Source of the DNA: a virus
Taxonomy: Duplodnaviria > Caudoviricetes
Reading direction: 5' to 3' (one strand)
IMG/VR virus record: IMGVR_UViG_3300036760_001531
Location: 1 to 62,490 of that record
Length of the DNA stretch: 62,490 bases
Both the position numbers and the translations under genes were made by a program. The notes under the pieces are model-generated. The model saw only the letters and a program-made list of their open reading frames with translations, ran no database searches and was not told the origin of the DNA. Below, piece after piece: positions 17,956 through 27,718 of the stretch. Positions within the stretch are counted from its first letter, which is position 1, and every line of letters begins with the position of its first letter.

Positions 17956-19266
17956 CTACCAGCTAAGTCCTTTGTTGTAGTACGTTATCGGGGCCACCCG
18001 CCAAATCTCTTCATCGAAAGACCATAAATCAGGGTCTTTCCATAGCTCGGAGGTCTTCGTGGTCGTTACGTCCTTACAGATGGTCACCCGGTCGCCCACC
18101 TCGTATTGAGCGAAATCGGTGGGGTAGGCCCATATCTCTTTTTCCCGCCACCGCACCTTGACCTTGCAGTACCCCGCCGCCGTGATCTCGGTATCTATGA
18201 CCTCGGCGCTGGTGATGAAGACGGTATCCAGGTAACTGCCGCTAAAGAGGAACGGGTGATACTCGGGGCTCCGCGTTGCCAGCGTCCACGGCAGATTGGG
18301 AAAGATACGGTTCCCCAAGCCGACAAACTCTCCTGGGTAGGGCCATTTCTGCGTTTCAATGCAGTTGACCCGGAAGAACCAGTGGGGGCCTTCCGGCACC
18401 GGTTCACTGGAGAGCCCTTCCACCAAGCCTTCAGCGTTCTCTGATTCCAGCCAAAGGTGATTATGGACGATTTTGTCTTCTTTAAATTTTTCATCAAAGA
18501 AATCATCCGGCACCGGCGGCACCGGCCCGTTCTCCCCCGGCTGGGCGGGAAATTCTTCCGTCCTGGTGGTAACTTCCCCCACCACCATCAACATCTCGCA
18601 ACAGCCGTATTGGAAGCCAGCCAGTAAATCTATCCACCCCAGACACTTATAATTTGCCATGGGGAGAATGGCTTCCTCATACACAGGGGTTTGCCCGTAT
18701 TTCGGTAATTCAAACCTGGCCAGGAAGAGGCGTTCTTTCCCTTCGGCGCTCTCATCGCTGACGATGACCGGCCTGATATTCAGGCGCTCGAACATGGACT
18801 TGTCCAGACTGTTGCCCGCCTTTTCCAAGATGTCGTCCATCCCGTCTTCCCGGAAGGCGAACCACGTGGCTTCCAGGTAGGGGGCCTTGATACCCATCAT
18901 GGCGTAAATATTCAACGTCTCATGGATTAAAGACGCCTCAATCGCCGCCCGTTCCATCAGGTCCCTTTGCAGAGCGTCTTGTACCTCCCACACATCTACT
19001 CCGGCCTCCTCCAGGGCTTTCCTTTCTTCCTCCAGAATTTTCATAATTTCCGGCGAATAAGCCTCCGCCTTGATTTTCTCCTGGGTCTTCAAAAGCTCCC
19101 TGGTTTCTTTGGTCAGTCCCTCCAGAAGTGGGCTCCTGGTAAACCCGGACAGCCCCAAGGGAGCTTCAGGGGCGGAGAGCCCCTTGTCCGAAAACCCCTC
19201 GCCCGGCAAAGCAAAATCCGGCATGGAGAAGTCGGGCATCTTAAAGAGGCTATCAAAATCGAACAT
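17956..19266 (-). CDS. Virion-module protein, possible C-terminal OB fold
   Basis: TGATG coupling to the upstream gene; C-terminal ..YEVGDRVTI motif. Confidence 0.75.
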   Translation of the reverse strand: MFDFDSLFKMPDFSMPDFALPGEGFSDKGLSAPEAPLGLSGFTRSPLLEGLTKETRELLKTQEKIKAEAYSPEIMKILEEERKALEEAGVDVWEVQDALQRDLMERAAIEASLIHETLNIYAMMGIKAPYLEATWFAFREDGMDDILEKAGNSLDKSMFERLNIRPVIVSDESAEGKERLFLARFELPKYGQTPVYEEAILPMANYKCLGWIDLLAGFQYGCCEMLMVVGEVTTRTEEFPAQPGENGPVPPVPDDFFDEKFKEDKIVHNHLWLESENAEGLVEGLSSEPVPEGPHWFFRVNCIETQKWPYPGEFVGLGNRIFPNLPWTLATRSPEYHPFLFSGSYLDTVFITSAEVIDTEITAAGYCKVKVRWREKEIWAYPTDFAQYEVGDRVTICKDVTTTKTSELWKDPDLWSFDEEIWRVAPITYYNKGLSW

Positions 19267-20663
19267 CACAGATTCTCCGGGTCCACATAACCCTGAGCCT
19301 GGCATTCCGCCTTGGCCACGTCCTGGTCAATCAAATCCACCACGGGGTCCTGGGAGGTTGGAATCCCACCGCCCGACGCCCCCGGGGCGCTGACATAAAA
19401 AAAGCCTTTGTGGATCCTCTGAGAAAACTCCCGCTTCTCGTATTCAAAGATTTCCCGATATTTACTGATTTTGCGATGAGCGGCGTTGATCAGTAGTTCA
19501 GCCCACTTAGCCACGCCTTCCTTCTCGGCGTCTCCGTGTTGTTTGAGCCACGCCAGCGCCACTTTCTTGTCAAAGAGATTGTCCTGTTTTTCTAAGGCGC
19601 AATCCGTGATGCTCTGGCCGGAACCCTTAAACTCCACGCCTTCCAGGGCATCGTGAATCTCCTGGCGGTCAGCCTGGGAACGCCCTCCGGCCCTCATCTC
19701 CGGGATGGTGTTGTCGCCGTCCACCTTATCCTTCTCAAAGAAAAAGACCTCGGTTTCGGCCCGTTGCTGCGTCTTCTTCAGATCTTCCAACTCTTTTGCC
19801 GCCTCAGTCTGCTTGGGTACTTCCTGGCGGAGCAGTTCTTCAAAGTAGGCCCGCAGTTCTTCGATGGCGATTTTGTCACTCCAGATCGCCAGGAGGTCAT
19901 CCAACTTTTGTTGGATGAAGCCAAACCCGGCCTCGATTTCGGCGGTGTCCACCGCCAATTTGATTTTGGCCAGACCCCGCACCACGATGTCCGCAAAAAT
20001 ATGGGCGATGTCGGCAATGAGGGTGGCCTTCTCCGCCTGAATCATGGCAACTTCCAATTCGGCCTGCACCACTTTCAGTTCTGCTTCTTCGGCCTCTATA
20101 CCCGCCATAACCGCCCGGACGTTGGCCTGGGCCACCTGGAGTTTGGCCTTGGCGATGTCCACCTCCACCTGGGCCCGCTCCACATACTCAAGCTGAATCT
20201 TACTCTTGACCTCCTCCAGGTGGGCTTCTTCCTTGGTTATGTCCATCTGGGCCCGGTCCCGTTGCAGGGCGATTTGCTCCCGCTCCACTTCGGCGGCAAA
20301 CTCCTTGGCCGCCATGATGAAGGACTGGACGGCCACGTCATAGCGTTTCGCCGCCAGCAGGACTTCCTCCCCGGCCACCTTGTAGGCCAGGACTTGCAGT
20401 TGGGTCTCGTATTTCTCCTTGGCGATGAGGCGGTGGCCCTCCACTTCCTCCAGGTCCACTTGGTGGAGTTTATCCCGTTGCTCCGCCTGGAATTGAGCCG
20501 CACCATCGATGATGGCCAGGGGCATCCGCACCATATCGCGGCTGACCCGGTTCACCAGGTTCTCCAGGCCCTCCAACCCCACGGCAATCCCGGCCACGTC
20601 CCAATTCTGCCAGAGACCGGTGTTGCGGCCTATGGTGCGTTCCTTCAAAGCGGTGGCATCCAT
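19266..20663 (-). CDS. Long coiled-coil virion protein
   Basis: Extended A/E/K/Q heptads; coupled to both neighbours. Confidence 0.8.
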   Translation of the reverse strand: MDATALKERTIGRNTGLWQNWDVAGIAVGLEGLENLVNRVSRDMVRMPLAIIDGAAQFQAEQRDKLHQVDLEEVEGHRLIAKEKYETQLQVLAYKVAGEEVLLAAKRYDVAVQSFIMAAKEFAAEVEREQIALQRDRAQMDITKEEAHLEEVKSKIQLEYVERAQVEVDIAKAKLQVAQANVRAVMAGIEAEEAELKVVQAELEVAMIQAEKATLIADIAHIFADIVVRGLAKIKLAVDTAEIEAGFGFIQQKLDDLLAIWSDKIAIEELRAYFEELLRQEVPKQTEAAKELEDLKKTQQRAETEVFFFEKDKVDGDNTIPEMRAGGRSQADRQEIHDALEGVEFKGSGQSITDCALEKQDNLFDKKVALAWLKQHGDAEKEGVAKWAELLINAAHRKISKYREIFEYEKREFSQRIHKGFFYVSAPGASGGGIPTSQDPVVDLIDQDVAKAECQAQGYVDPENL

Positions 20664-21883
20664 TATGTCCCCTTGCTGATGTATTGATCTACATGGGCCG
20701 CAGAATGCCGGACGATGACCTGCGACTTGCCGGTATCCACGGTGGCGGCCTTATCCTTGGCAAGCTCCACCATGGTCTGCACCTGGCGATAGAAGTCCAG
20801 CAGGTAGATGGCCCGTTGGACCGTCATGAAGTCAAATTCATTACTCCAGCCGTACCGTTCCCAAAAAGCCTTCTGGTCAACTCTGAAACGGCGTTCCTCT
20901 TTCTCCAGGGCCTTTTTCATGTGGATGAGCTTCTCTCTAACTTCCGCCTCATACTCCATCAAGAGGGTCTTGGCCTCGGCCCGGGTCAACTCCGTCAGCC
21001 GGTCGGCCCGCACGTACTCCAACCGGGCCTCTTCATAATCTTCTTCGGCCAGGCGGACTTGATGGTCGGCTTCCTCCTGCTCCCGCTTCAACTCGATGCG
21101 CCGGTAGCCAAGTTCCTCGATCTGCTTCTTGTTCTCCGCCTCGTCCTTGACGGCCTCCGCATCCAACAGGCGGGCGCTGGCCTTCTGCTCATAGAGGGGG
21201 ATCATGGTTTTCTTGACTTCGGTTAATTGCTTCAGCTTCTCGATAACGAGCTTCATGGTTTCAGCCCGGCGCTGTTCGGCGATAATGACAATCTGCTCGG
21301 CGGCGATGACCTCATAGAGGTAGACGATGATCTTGAGCTTTTCTTCCGCGGTCTTCACCTTTTCCCGGATAAGCTGGACCTCGGCGTCCAGGGCGATCCC
21401 CTCGGCTTGGATGGCCAGCTTCTTCCAGTAGTTGACCTCGTGCTCGATATTGGCCTTTTCCTCGATGATGTAAGCCTGGCGCCGCTCCACGTCTGATTGG
21501 AGTTTCTGGATGGCGGCCTTCTTCTCGTCCAGGGTCATGTCGGCGTAGGCTTTCGCCAATTCATGGGCATTGTCGTAGTCAGCCTTCAAAAGCTCCAGGT
21601 CGAGTTTGGCAAGACCGACGACCACCTTCTGGTCGGTCTCTTCCTCTTTGAGCCGCCTTTCGGTGGAGTCCTGATAAACCTTGGCATTGGCCTCGGTCGC
21701 CTTGGCCTTGGCCTGGAACCCGGTGGCCACCACCAGTTCCAGCACCGGCCCCGGAGGCGCGGGGAAGCCGCGGCCGGCCGCCTCCGTGAGGGCGCCCCGC
21801 ACCTCCTCCTGGTATTTCCGGGAGATGCCGTCAAGCTCCTGGCCCCACTTGGCGGCTTCGTCGGCAGGATATTCCTTACCCAT
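20663..21883 (-). CDS. Long coiled-coil virion protein (ejection-protein-like)
   Basis: AAGRGF..PPG N-terminal motif then heptad repeats. Confidence 0.8.
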   Translation of the reverse strand: MGKEYPADEAAKWGQELDGISRKYQEEVRGALTEAAGRGFPAPPGPVLELVVATGFQAKAKATEANAKVYQDSTERRLKEEETDQKVVVGLAKLDLELLKADYDNAHELAKAYADMTLDEKKAAIQKLQSDVERRQAYIIEEKANIEHEVNYWKKLAIQAEGIALDAEVQLIREKVKTAEEKLKIIVYLYEVIAAEQIVIIAEQRRAETMKLVIEKLKQLTEVKKTMIPLYEQKASARLLDAEAVKDEAENKKQIEELGYRRIELKREQEEADHQVRLAEEDYEEARLEYVRADRLTELTRAEAKTLLMEYEAEVREKLIHMKKALEKEERRFRVDQKAFWERYGWSNEFDFMTVQRAIYLLDFYRQVQTMVELAKDKAATVDTGKSQVIVRHSAAHVDQYISKGT

Positions 21884-22139
21884 TCATCTCTCCCGAGCCG
21901 GCCAATATTGACCGCCGCACCGCCGGGGTCATGTTGGCAAACTCCGGCGGATATTTAACCCGCAAGGCCGGAGCCCGGCGGGGTGCTGGTTTTATCGTTA
22001 GCGCCGCCGGGCATTCATGGCAAGGAAACCCGGGGAGGCAATAATCGCTTAACTGGTTCTCCAGACAGTGCCAGAGCTTCATTTCCGTCTGATAACCATC
22101 GCAAAAGAACCAATCCTCACAGCCTTCATGCTTTTTCAT
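21876..22139 (-). CDS. Small Cys-rich hypothetical protein
   Basis: Six Cys including CHEC; overlaps both neighbours. Confidence 0.6.
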   Translation of the reverse strand: MKKHEGCEDWFFCDGYQTEMKLWHCLENQLSDYCLPGFPCHECPAALTIKPAPRRAPALRVKYPPEFANMTPAVRRSILAGSGEMNG

Positions 22140-24358
22140 CGCTTCACCCTGACCACCGGGATGATCTCAAAATGGCTTAGACGCTCAAAGTCCGAAATTT
22201 CTATGGTCATCAGCCGGTCCTGGAGGTCGGTGCTCACGCTGAAACGGTCCCTCTGGAGCTTAAAATAGCCCTCCCGGCCCTTGGTCTCCGCCACCACATG
22301 GGCTTCCGGGACCCCGGCGTCGCCCGGGTAGATAGCCCGTATCCCCTTGAGGTTGTCCACCCCGAAATTAGCCGGGCCCAGGCGCAGGCCGGAATGGACC
22401 GGCCGCCCATCGTCGTCGCCCCCCTCCAGGACGTAGATACCGTCGTCTTTGGCGGCCAGGACTTCGCCGTTGCGGGTGGCATAGGAATTAAAATTGAACC
22501 CGCTATACATGGAGGGCGAAAAGCTGAAGCCGGTGAGGACCCAGGTCTCATAAAGTTCTGCATCCTCAACGGTGGTGCCTTCCACCAGGACGCCGCCCAT
22601 GATGTCGAACTCGGTAATCGGCGGCAACCAGAAGCCGAAGGTGCAGGCCCCGCCAACCTTGACCCCACCCCGGCGCACCGTCCACTCATAGGCCCCAGGC
22701 TCCGGAATGTCGAACTCCAGGGCCCCGGAAACATAGACGCTGCCGCCGGTGGTGAACTCGTAATAGACTTCATCCGCGTCGGGGGTGATGATCTCAATGG
22801 GCGGGTAACGCCGTTCCCCCACCACCACGCCGCCGGACAGGGAGATCGTGGTGATGAGGTCTGCTGGTTCCACGAAGGAGAAATCCAGGGCCCCGCCGAT
22901 GGCCACGCCTTTACTGGTGGTAAACTCGGTAATAAGGGTCGTGGTGGGGTCGTAAACCGTGATGGCCAGCTTGCCACCGATGGCAACCCCGCCTTTCACG
23001 TCAACGACGATAAGCCAGGGTTCGGGGGTCTCGATGTCGAGTTTGCCGCCGATGGCCACGCCGCCCGCGGTAGTGAAAACGAAAATGCCGGGGTCAACGA
23101 TTTCAAACTCGAAGGCCCCTTCGACGGCCACGCCGCCTTCGGTCTCCATCGCATATTCGGCGTAAAGGTCAAACTTGGCCGCCGTGTTGTCGAAGGCGAG
23201 GGTGAGGCCATCGGTATCAATACACCAGAACGGCGGCGGGTCCCCCAGGTCGGTAAAATCAACGCACCCGTAGCCGCTTACGTAATCCCAACCCGGGACC
23301 GGGACCTTATAAATGGCTTCCGGCAGGACCGTTACGGGGATATTGCCGACGTATTGGCGCACCGGACAAGAGTACCCTTCGGCGGTCGGGTCAACCACGA
23401 CTGTCAAATAGCCCACATAATGCCGGACATTAAAGGTCGTGGAAGAAGGGATTACGGCAACCGGGATATTCCCCACATAGATGAAATCGCCGGGCGGCTG
23501 ATAATAATAGCCTTCCGCCGTGGGGTCCACGGTGACGGTAACATCGCCCACCTTGGCGTAAATCGGGTCATAGCCCGCCGCCGTGGGGTCAACCGTAACG
23601 GTGATGTCACCCGCATATACAAATTGTCCTGGCGGGGTGGCCTCATATTCTACCTGGACGATGTTTTGGCTGACTTTGAGTTTGGGGGCGGTATCGTATT
23701 CTACTTGAGCAATATTTTGGAAGACCTTTAGCCGGTCCTCGAAATCCAGAGTTTGGCTAAATTCGACCCAGGGGTTGTAATCACTAGTGGAGGTCTCATC
23801 CTCTGGCAAGTCAGAGGCGGCAGCATCTCCGAAACGGAAGTAGGCATTATAGGCCGAAGTTATCGTGTTGAATGAACGGACCCCGATTTCAATGACGATG
23901 CGGTCTCCGTCCTGGGCGACAACCTCAGAAAGAGACTGAGAATTGGGGAAAAAGCGGTTGGTGAGGGAAGTGGCGAACTCCGACTCCAGGGACGAAGGGA
24001 AATGCGAGAGCAAGGTGCCCCGTAACGTAAGACCATCATTGGAAACCACTTTAATGATGATGCCCCGGCAGTATTCAGCGAGAGCGTTAATTTCATAGAC
24101 CCTGATTTGCCCCTTGACCGTGCCCGAACCCGAAATCGTTTGGGCCACAAGCGGGTCGCTGACATACTGGCGCACCAGAAAATCGTAGGGCTGAGAGGAA
24201 GAAATCTCAGTATGACCGGGGGTGGTGGTGAGGGCGGTATTCTGCTTTACCGGCCCCATCCAATGCCGCAGGGCACCAGTAGTTCTCTCCCAATCAGCCG
24301 CAAAAGCAGGACTGTTAGGAGCATCAATGGCTTCTGGTAAATAAAACCGGGTCGGCAC
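22136..24358 (-). CDS. Tail/fibre-associated protein with internal beta repeats
   Basis: Repeated YVGxIxVxVxP and GGVxxxG units; lies in the tail module. Confidence 0.75.
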   Translation of the reverse strand: MPTRFYLPEAIDAPNSPAFAADWERTTGALRHWMGPVKQNTALTTTPGHTEISSSQPYDFLVRQYVSDPLVAQTISGSGTVKGQIRVYEINALAEYCRGIIIKVVSNDGLTLRGTLLSHFPSSLESEFATSLTNRFFPNSQSLSEVVAQDGDRIVIEIGVRSFNTITSAYNAYFRFGDAAASDLPEDETSTSDYNPWVEFSQTLDFEDRLKVFQNIAQVEYDTAPKLKVSQNIVQVEYEATPPGQFVYAGDITVTVDPTAAGYDPIYAKVGDVTVTVDPTAEGYYYQPPGDFIYVGNIPVAVIPSSTTFNVRHYVGYLTVVVDPTAEGYSCPVRQYVGNIPVTVLPEAIYKVPVPGWDYVSGYGCVDFTDLGDPPPFWCIDTDGLTLAFDNTAAKFDLYAEYAMETEGGVAVEGAFEFEIVDPGIFVFTTAGGVAIGGKLDIETPEPWLIVVDVKGGVAIGGKLAITVYDPTTTLITEFTTSKGVAIGGALDFSFVEPADLITTISLSGGVVVGERRYPPIEIITPDADEVYYEFTTGGSVYVSGALEFDIPEPGAYEWTVRRGGVKVGGACTFGFWLPPITEFDIMGGVLVEGTTVEDAELYETWVLTGFSFSPSMYSGFNFNSYATRNGEVLAAKDDGIYVLEGGDDDGRPVHSGLRLGPANFGVDNLKGIRAIYPGDAGVPEAHVVAETKGREGYFKLQRDRFSVSTDLQDRLMTIEISDFERLSHFEIIPVVRVKR

Positions 24359-24371
24359 TTCCGCCCCCTAA

Positions 24372-25367
24372 TTAAGCCACAGCCTTATAGCCGAACTCTG
24401 CGGCGTTAACTCCGCTCGTAATCCAGGCCACCGCAGTAGCAGGGTCGATTTCCCAGATGTTGAGCAGCCCCTTGGGACTCGCGGCCGGAACTGCTTTATT
24501 GCCGCTAAAATAATCAGTTGCCCCGGAGCGCACCGCCAGTTGTAAGTTTTGGGGAGTAGGTGCGCCTTCCTTCATGGCACGGGCATGAACCTGGACGCAC
24601 TTGATGTTTTGGATGGAGCCCACCAGATCGCCGAAACCGTGGGTGTCCAGGTGGCCGGTCGTATTGGTCTCCACATAATCGGCATCATCGGGCGGCACTT
24701 CATCCACACATTGAAAATTGGACCCCGCCGAAGGAGTCCATTGGGCGGAGTTCCCTGCCGCTGTGGGTTTAATGCCCTGGATCTTGGTGTCGCCAATCCA
24801 GGCAGCGTCATCTACTACGAGGTCGTCATACCAGCCATGCCCATAGCTGCTGCCATAAGCGGAACCAAGATAAAGGAGATTGAACTGCGTGTCAGTTCCA
24901 GGTTTGGTGTCACCGGAGTAGTCAATATCCAAAACGCCATTGAGTTTTACCTGGATGATGCCCCCGGAGTCGGCCACTTTTACCCTTACTTCAATCAAAT
25001 GGGTAGTGGAAAAGTCCAGGGGAGTATTGCCTGTGGCTACCAGGGTGGACCCAACGTAGGCTTCCAATTTATAACTGGTGCCGTTTCTCCTTAATTGAAA
25101 GATTGCGTTGGCATCCTTGTAAAGGGCCATAATGTGATTCATATAAGTCGTATAAGTTACCGTGTCGGTGTGGTATTTGAAAGCAAAGTATTTCTCATCG
25201 TCAGAAACTATGGTATATTTAATGTTCTCGCCCATGCCGGTTGATATTGCCAGGCAGTAATCTCCACTCAGGTTTAATCCGGAAGTTGAGACAAGCGTAC
25301 AGCCGCTCGTTTTAGTAGCCATCAGCGTAAGGCCACCCTCGAAGCCGTCAATCAGTTCTCTTGCCAT
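24372..25367 (-). CDS. Tail protein with lectin/LamG-like beta sandwich (receptor-binding candidate)
   Basis: HLIEVRVK...GIIQVKLNG...YDDLVVDD pattern; AT-richer codons than neighbours. Confidence 0.65.
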   Translation of the reverse strand: MARELIDGFEGGLTLMATKTSGCTLVSTSGLNLSGDYCLAISTGMGENIKYTIVSDDEKYFAFKYHTDTVTYTTYMNHIMALYKDANAIFQLRRNGTSYKLEAYVGSTLVATGNTPLDFSTTHLIEVRVKVADSGGIIQVKLNGVLDIDYSGDTKPGTDTQFNLLYLGSAYGSSYGHGWYDDLVVDDAAWIGDTKIQGIKPTAAGNSAQWTPSAGSNFQCVDEVPPDDADYVETNTTGHLDTHGFGDLVGSIQNIKCVQVHARAMKEGAPTPQNLQLAVRSGATDYFSGNKAVPAASPKGLLNIWEIDPATAVAWITSGVNAAEFGYKAVA

Positions 25368-25381
25368 CTGCTTTACCCCTT

Positions 25382-25852
25382 TTAGGAGAGGGTCATCTTG
25401 GCCGTAACCTTCACCGCTCCACCATCCGGGACGTTATACGGACCATCGCTGAATTGTTCCACGGCCCACAGTTTGCCCGCCGTACCGGAGACCACGGTAC
25501 AGATGAAATAGCCGTAGCAGTTGCCCCAAGCGGCCCCCACCGCGCTAAAGGTCTTCTGGGTGTGGGTGAAAACACTCCCCACCTTGGTCCAATCGGCGGA
25601 CGCCAAGGCGATGCGGGCATAGGTGCCCCCCGAAGGTTCAGTTAAACCAGTTAACTGAGCATCTTCCGCAGGTTCCGAAGTGGGAGCGGTATAGAGGCCC
25701 AGATACAGGTTAGCGTATTGGGAAGCCTGCTTCAGAGCGATGTCCCCAATCTCAGCTTCACCTTCATCGCACAGCTTCGCCATGAGAAAGAAGGGAGCCA
25801 GAGCCAGCCCCCAGGCCAAGTTACCGAGGATATTCCAGATGTGATCTAACAT
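25382..25852 (-). CDS. Small tail protein, paralog A
   Basis: CDEGE...YLGLY...TEPSG..YAR...WGN.YGYFI shared with 25863-26270. Confidence 0.75.
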   Translation of the reverse strand: MLDHIWNILGNLAWGLALAPFFLMAKLCDEGEAEIGDIALKQASQYANLYLGLYTAPTSEPAEDAQLTGLTEPSGGTYARIALASADWTKVGSVFTHTQKTFSAVGAAWGNCYGYFICTVVSGTAGKLWAVEQFSDGPYNVPDGGAVKVTAKMTLS

Positions 25853-25862
25853 CGCCTTCTCC

Positions 25863-26270
25863 TTATGAGCATTTAAGTTTGGGAATTATTTTGATGCCTT
25901 TGCCATCCAACACCGAGTAGGCGGACCCCAGATGTTCCAGACCCATCAGTTTCCCCCCGGTGCCGGTTAGGGTTGTCGTGATGAAATAGCCGTAAATGTT
26001 CCCCCAATCCCCCCCTTGCGCCAGGAGGGTTTGCTCGGCATAGACCGCCTCATCCCCGGTGATGGTCCAGTATGTGGTGCCCCGGGACAGGGGCTTGCGG
26101 GCGTACCCGAACCCGGAAGGTTCGGTAAGGTCGGAGACTTTGGCATCCTCTCCCGGTTCTACGCTGTTTTTGTAGAGGCCCAGGTAATAGGCTCCATCCA
26201 CCGGGGTATCCCCCAAGAGAATATTGAGAACTCGGTTTTCCCCTTCATCACACCATTTGGGAGTGCCCAT
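25863..26270 (-). CDS. Small tail protein, paralog B
   Basis: Same motif set as 25382-25852. Confidence 0.75.
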   Translation of the reverse strand: MGTPKWCDEGENRVLNILLGDTPVDGAYYLGLYKNSVEPGEDAKVSDLTEPSGFGYARKPLSRGTTYWTITGDEAVYAEQTLLAQGGDWGNIYGYFITTTLTGTGGKLMGLEHLGSAYSVLDGKGIKIIPKLKCS

Positions 26271-26282
26271 GTCGTTTTCCCC

Positions 26283-27713
26283 TTACAGGTCCCTACAATG
26301 CTCCTGGATCCATTGGCGCATCTCGGTGTTGGTCATGGACGGATACCAGGCTTTTAGCAAGGCAGCCCCCGCCGCCACATGGGGACAGGCGGCGCTGGTG
26401 CCGGAGGCGCACATATATTTGTCGTTGGAGCCTGCAATCTTATAATTGGTGAAAGTGAAACCGGCCCAGGCCCCGGCGATGTAGCGGCCAGGAGCAGAGA
26501 CCTCCGTTTCCGGGCCCCGGGAGGAAAAATCAGCGATCCCCTCAAAATAATCCATCGCCGCCACCGCCATGACGCTCGCATACTTGGCAGGGTAAAGGAC
26601 GGTGTTTTCGCCGGGGCCTTCATTGCCCGCCGCCGCAACCACCAGGAGGCCCGCATACCAGGCGCTATCACAGGCTTGTTGCAGAGAGGTTCCCCCGGAG
26701 GGCCCCCCCAGGGACATCGAGATGATGTCCATGCCATAAGTCCTGGCCCAATCAATCGCGGCGGCAATATTTGCCATAGAGCCCGATCCTTTGGAATCCA
26801 GAACCTTGCAGGCATAGAGGTCGATGTCCGGGGCGACGCCCCGGTAACTGCCCACGATGGCGTTATGTTGAGCGGCCACGATGGAGCAGCAGTAGGTGCC
26901 GTGGTCGTGATCATCTTCGGGGTTGGGGTTCCCCCCCACGAAGTTGTAGCCGCCTTTGAAAACGCAGACGCCACCCTTCCAAAAGGCTTCGTGAGAGGAC
27001 TTAATGCCGGTGTCGATGACGCACACCTTCATGCGCCGGCCGGACATGGACTTCCCAAAATTGCCCTGAGCCCAGGCAAACCCGGGATTAATCCTCGTCA
27101 CCCCCCAATCGGTGTTGACCCCGGAAGGGTTATAGGCCGGGATCTCGTTGGAGAGGATATGGGCCATCGGCTCAACCTCTACCCGCTCCACCAGGGGGCT
27201 TTTCCGAAGCTCCTCGATGGCCGCGTCCTCCAGGTCCGTGACGAACATGCGGTTATCGAACCCAAAGGTCCATTTCCGGCGCCCCCCGTGGTCCTTGGCC
27301 AGATTGTGGGACATTTTCATCAAATCTTTGGGGAGGCCGACAATCTTCTCCGGCAGCTTCAGGAAGACGGTCACGGTCCTCTTGGGTTTGGCTTCCTCGA
27401 CAACCCCTTCCTCGCATTGGTAGGACTTGGAAATTTCCTGGGCCAGTTCCCAGGCATATTCCAGGATGTGTTTCTCGGGCCTGGCTTTAACAGCTTTCTT
27501 GCCTTTCCTCATGCCCTCGATGAGTTCCTGGAGCTTGTCGTGCAGTTCCGGGTTCTGGAACTGGAGAGCATAGACCATCCGGTGCCAATGCTTGTGAGGC
27601 AGGGTCCGCGCCACGAACTCATAGAGTTTTTCGTCGGCCCCTTTCAGCACCTTCAGGACTTCATGGTAATTATGAAGTCCCTGGTCCTGGCATTTTTTGT
27701 GATCTTCCAGCAT
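26283..27713 (-). CDS. S8 subtilisin-like serine protease with propeptide
   Basis: VIDTGI (Asp), DHGT (His), AAAGN (oxyanion Asn), SGTSAACPHVA (Ser); I9-like propeptide ending VERVEVEPMAHI. Confidence 0.95.
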   Translation of the reverse strand: MLEDHKKCQDQGLHNYHEVLKVLKGADEKLYEFVARTLPHKHWHRMVYALQFQNPELHDKLQELIEGMRKGKKAVKARPEKHILEYAWELAQEISKSYQCEEGVVEEAKPKRTVTVFLKLPEKIVGLPKDLMKMSHNLAKDHGGRRKWTFGFDNRMFVTDLEDAAIEELRKSPLVERVEVEPMAHILSNEIPAYNPSGVNTDWGVTRINPGFAWAQGNFGKSMSGRRMKVCVIDTGIKSSHEAFWKGGVCVFKGGYNFVGGNPNPEDDHDHGTYCCSIVAAQHNAIVGSYRGVAPDIDLYACKVLDSKGSGSMANIAAAIDWARTYGMDIISMSLGGPSGGTSLQQACDSAWYAGLLVVAAAGNEGPGENTVLYPAKYASVMAVAAMDYFEGIADFSSRGPETEVSAPGRYIAGAWAGFTFTNYKIAGSNDKYMCASGTSAACPHVAAGAALLKAWYPSMTNTEMRQWIQEHCRDL

Positions 27714-27718
27714 CGCCC

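Noticed and set aside
19266-21883. Tape-measure protein call for the coiled-coil genes
   Set aside because: Too short, no tail tube or chaperone frameshift genes nearby; context fits podovirus ejection proteins
22298-23731. Long plus-strand ORFs (also 4247-5602, 19653-20687, 26379-27776, 33422-34819)
   Set aside because: Antisense shadows of GC3-rich minus-strand genes; no motifs or SD, and typical reverse-frame composition
22136-25367. Diversity-generating retroelement or tail-fibre shufflon
   Set aside because: No reverse transcriptase, template/variable repeat pair or inverted fibre cassettes seen
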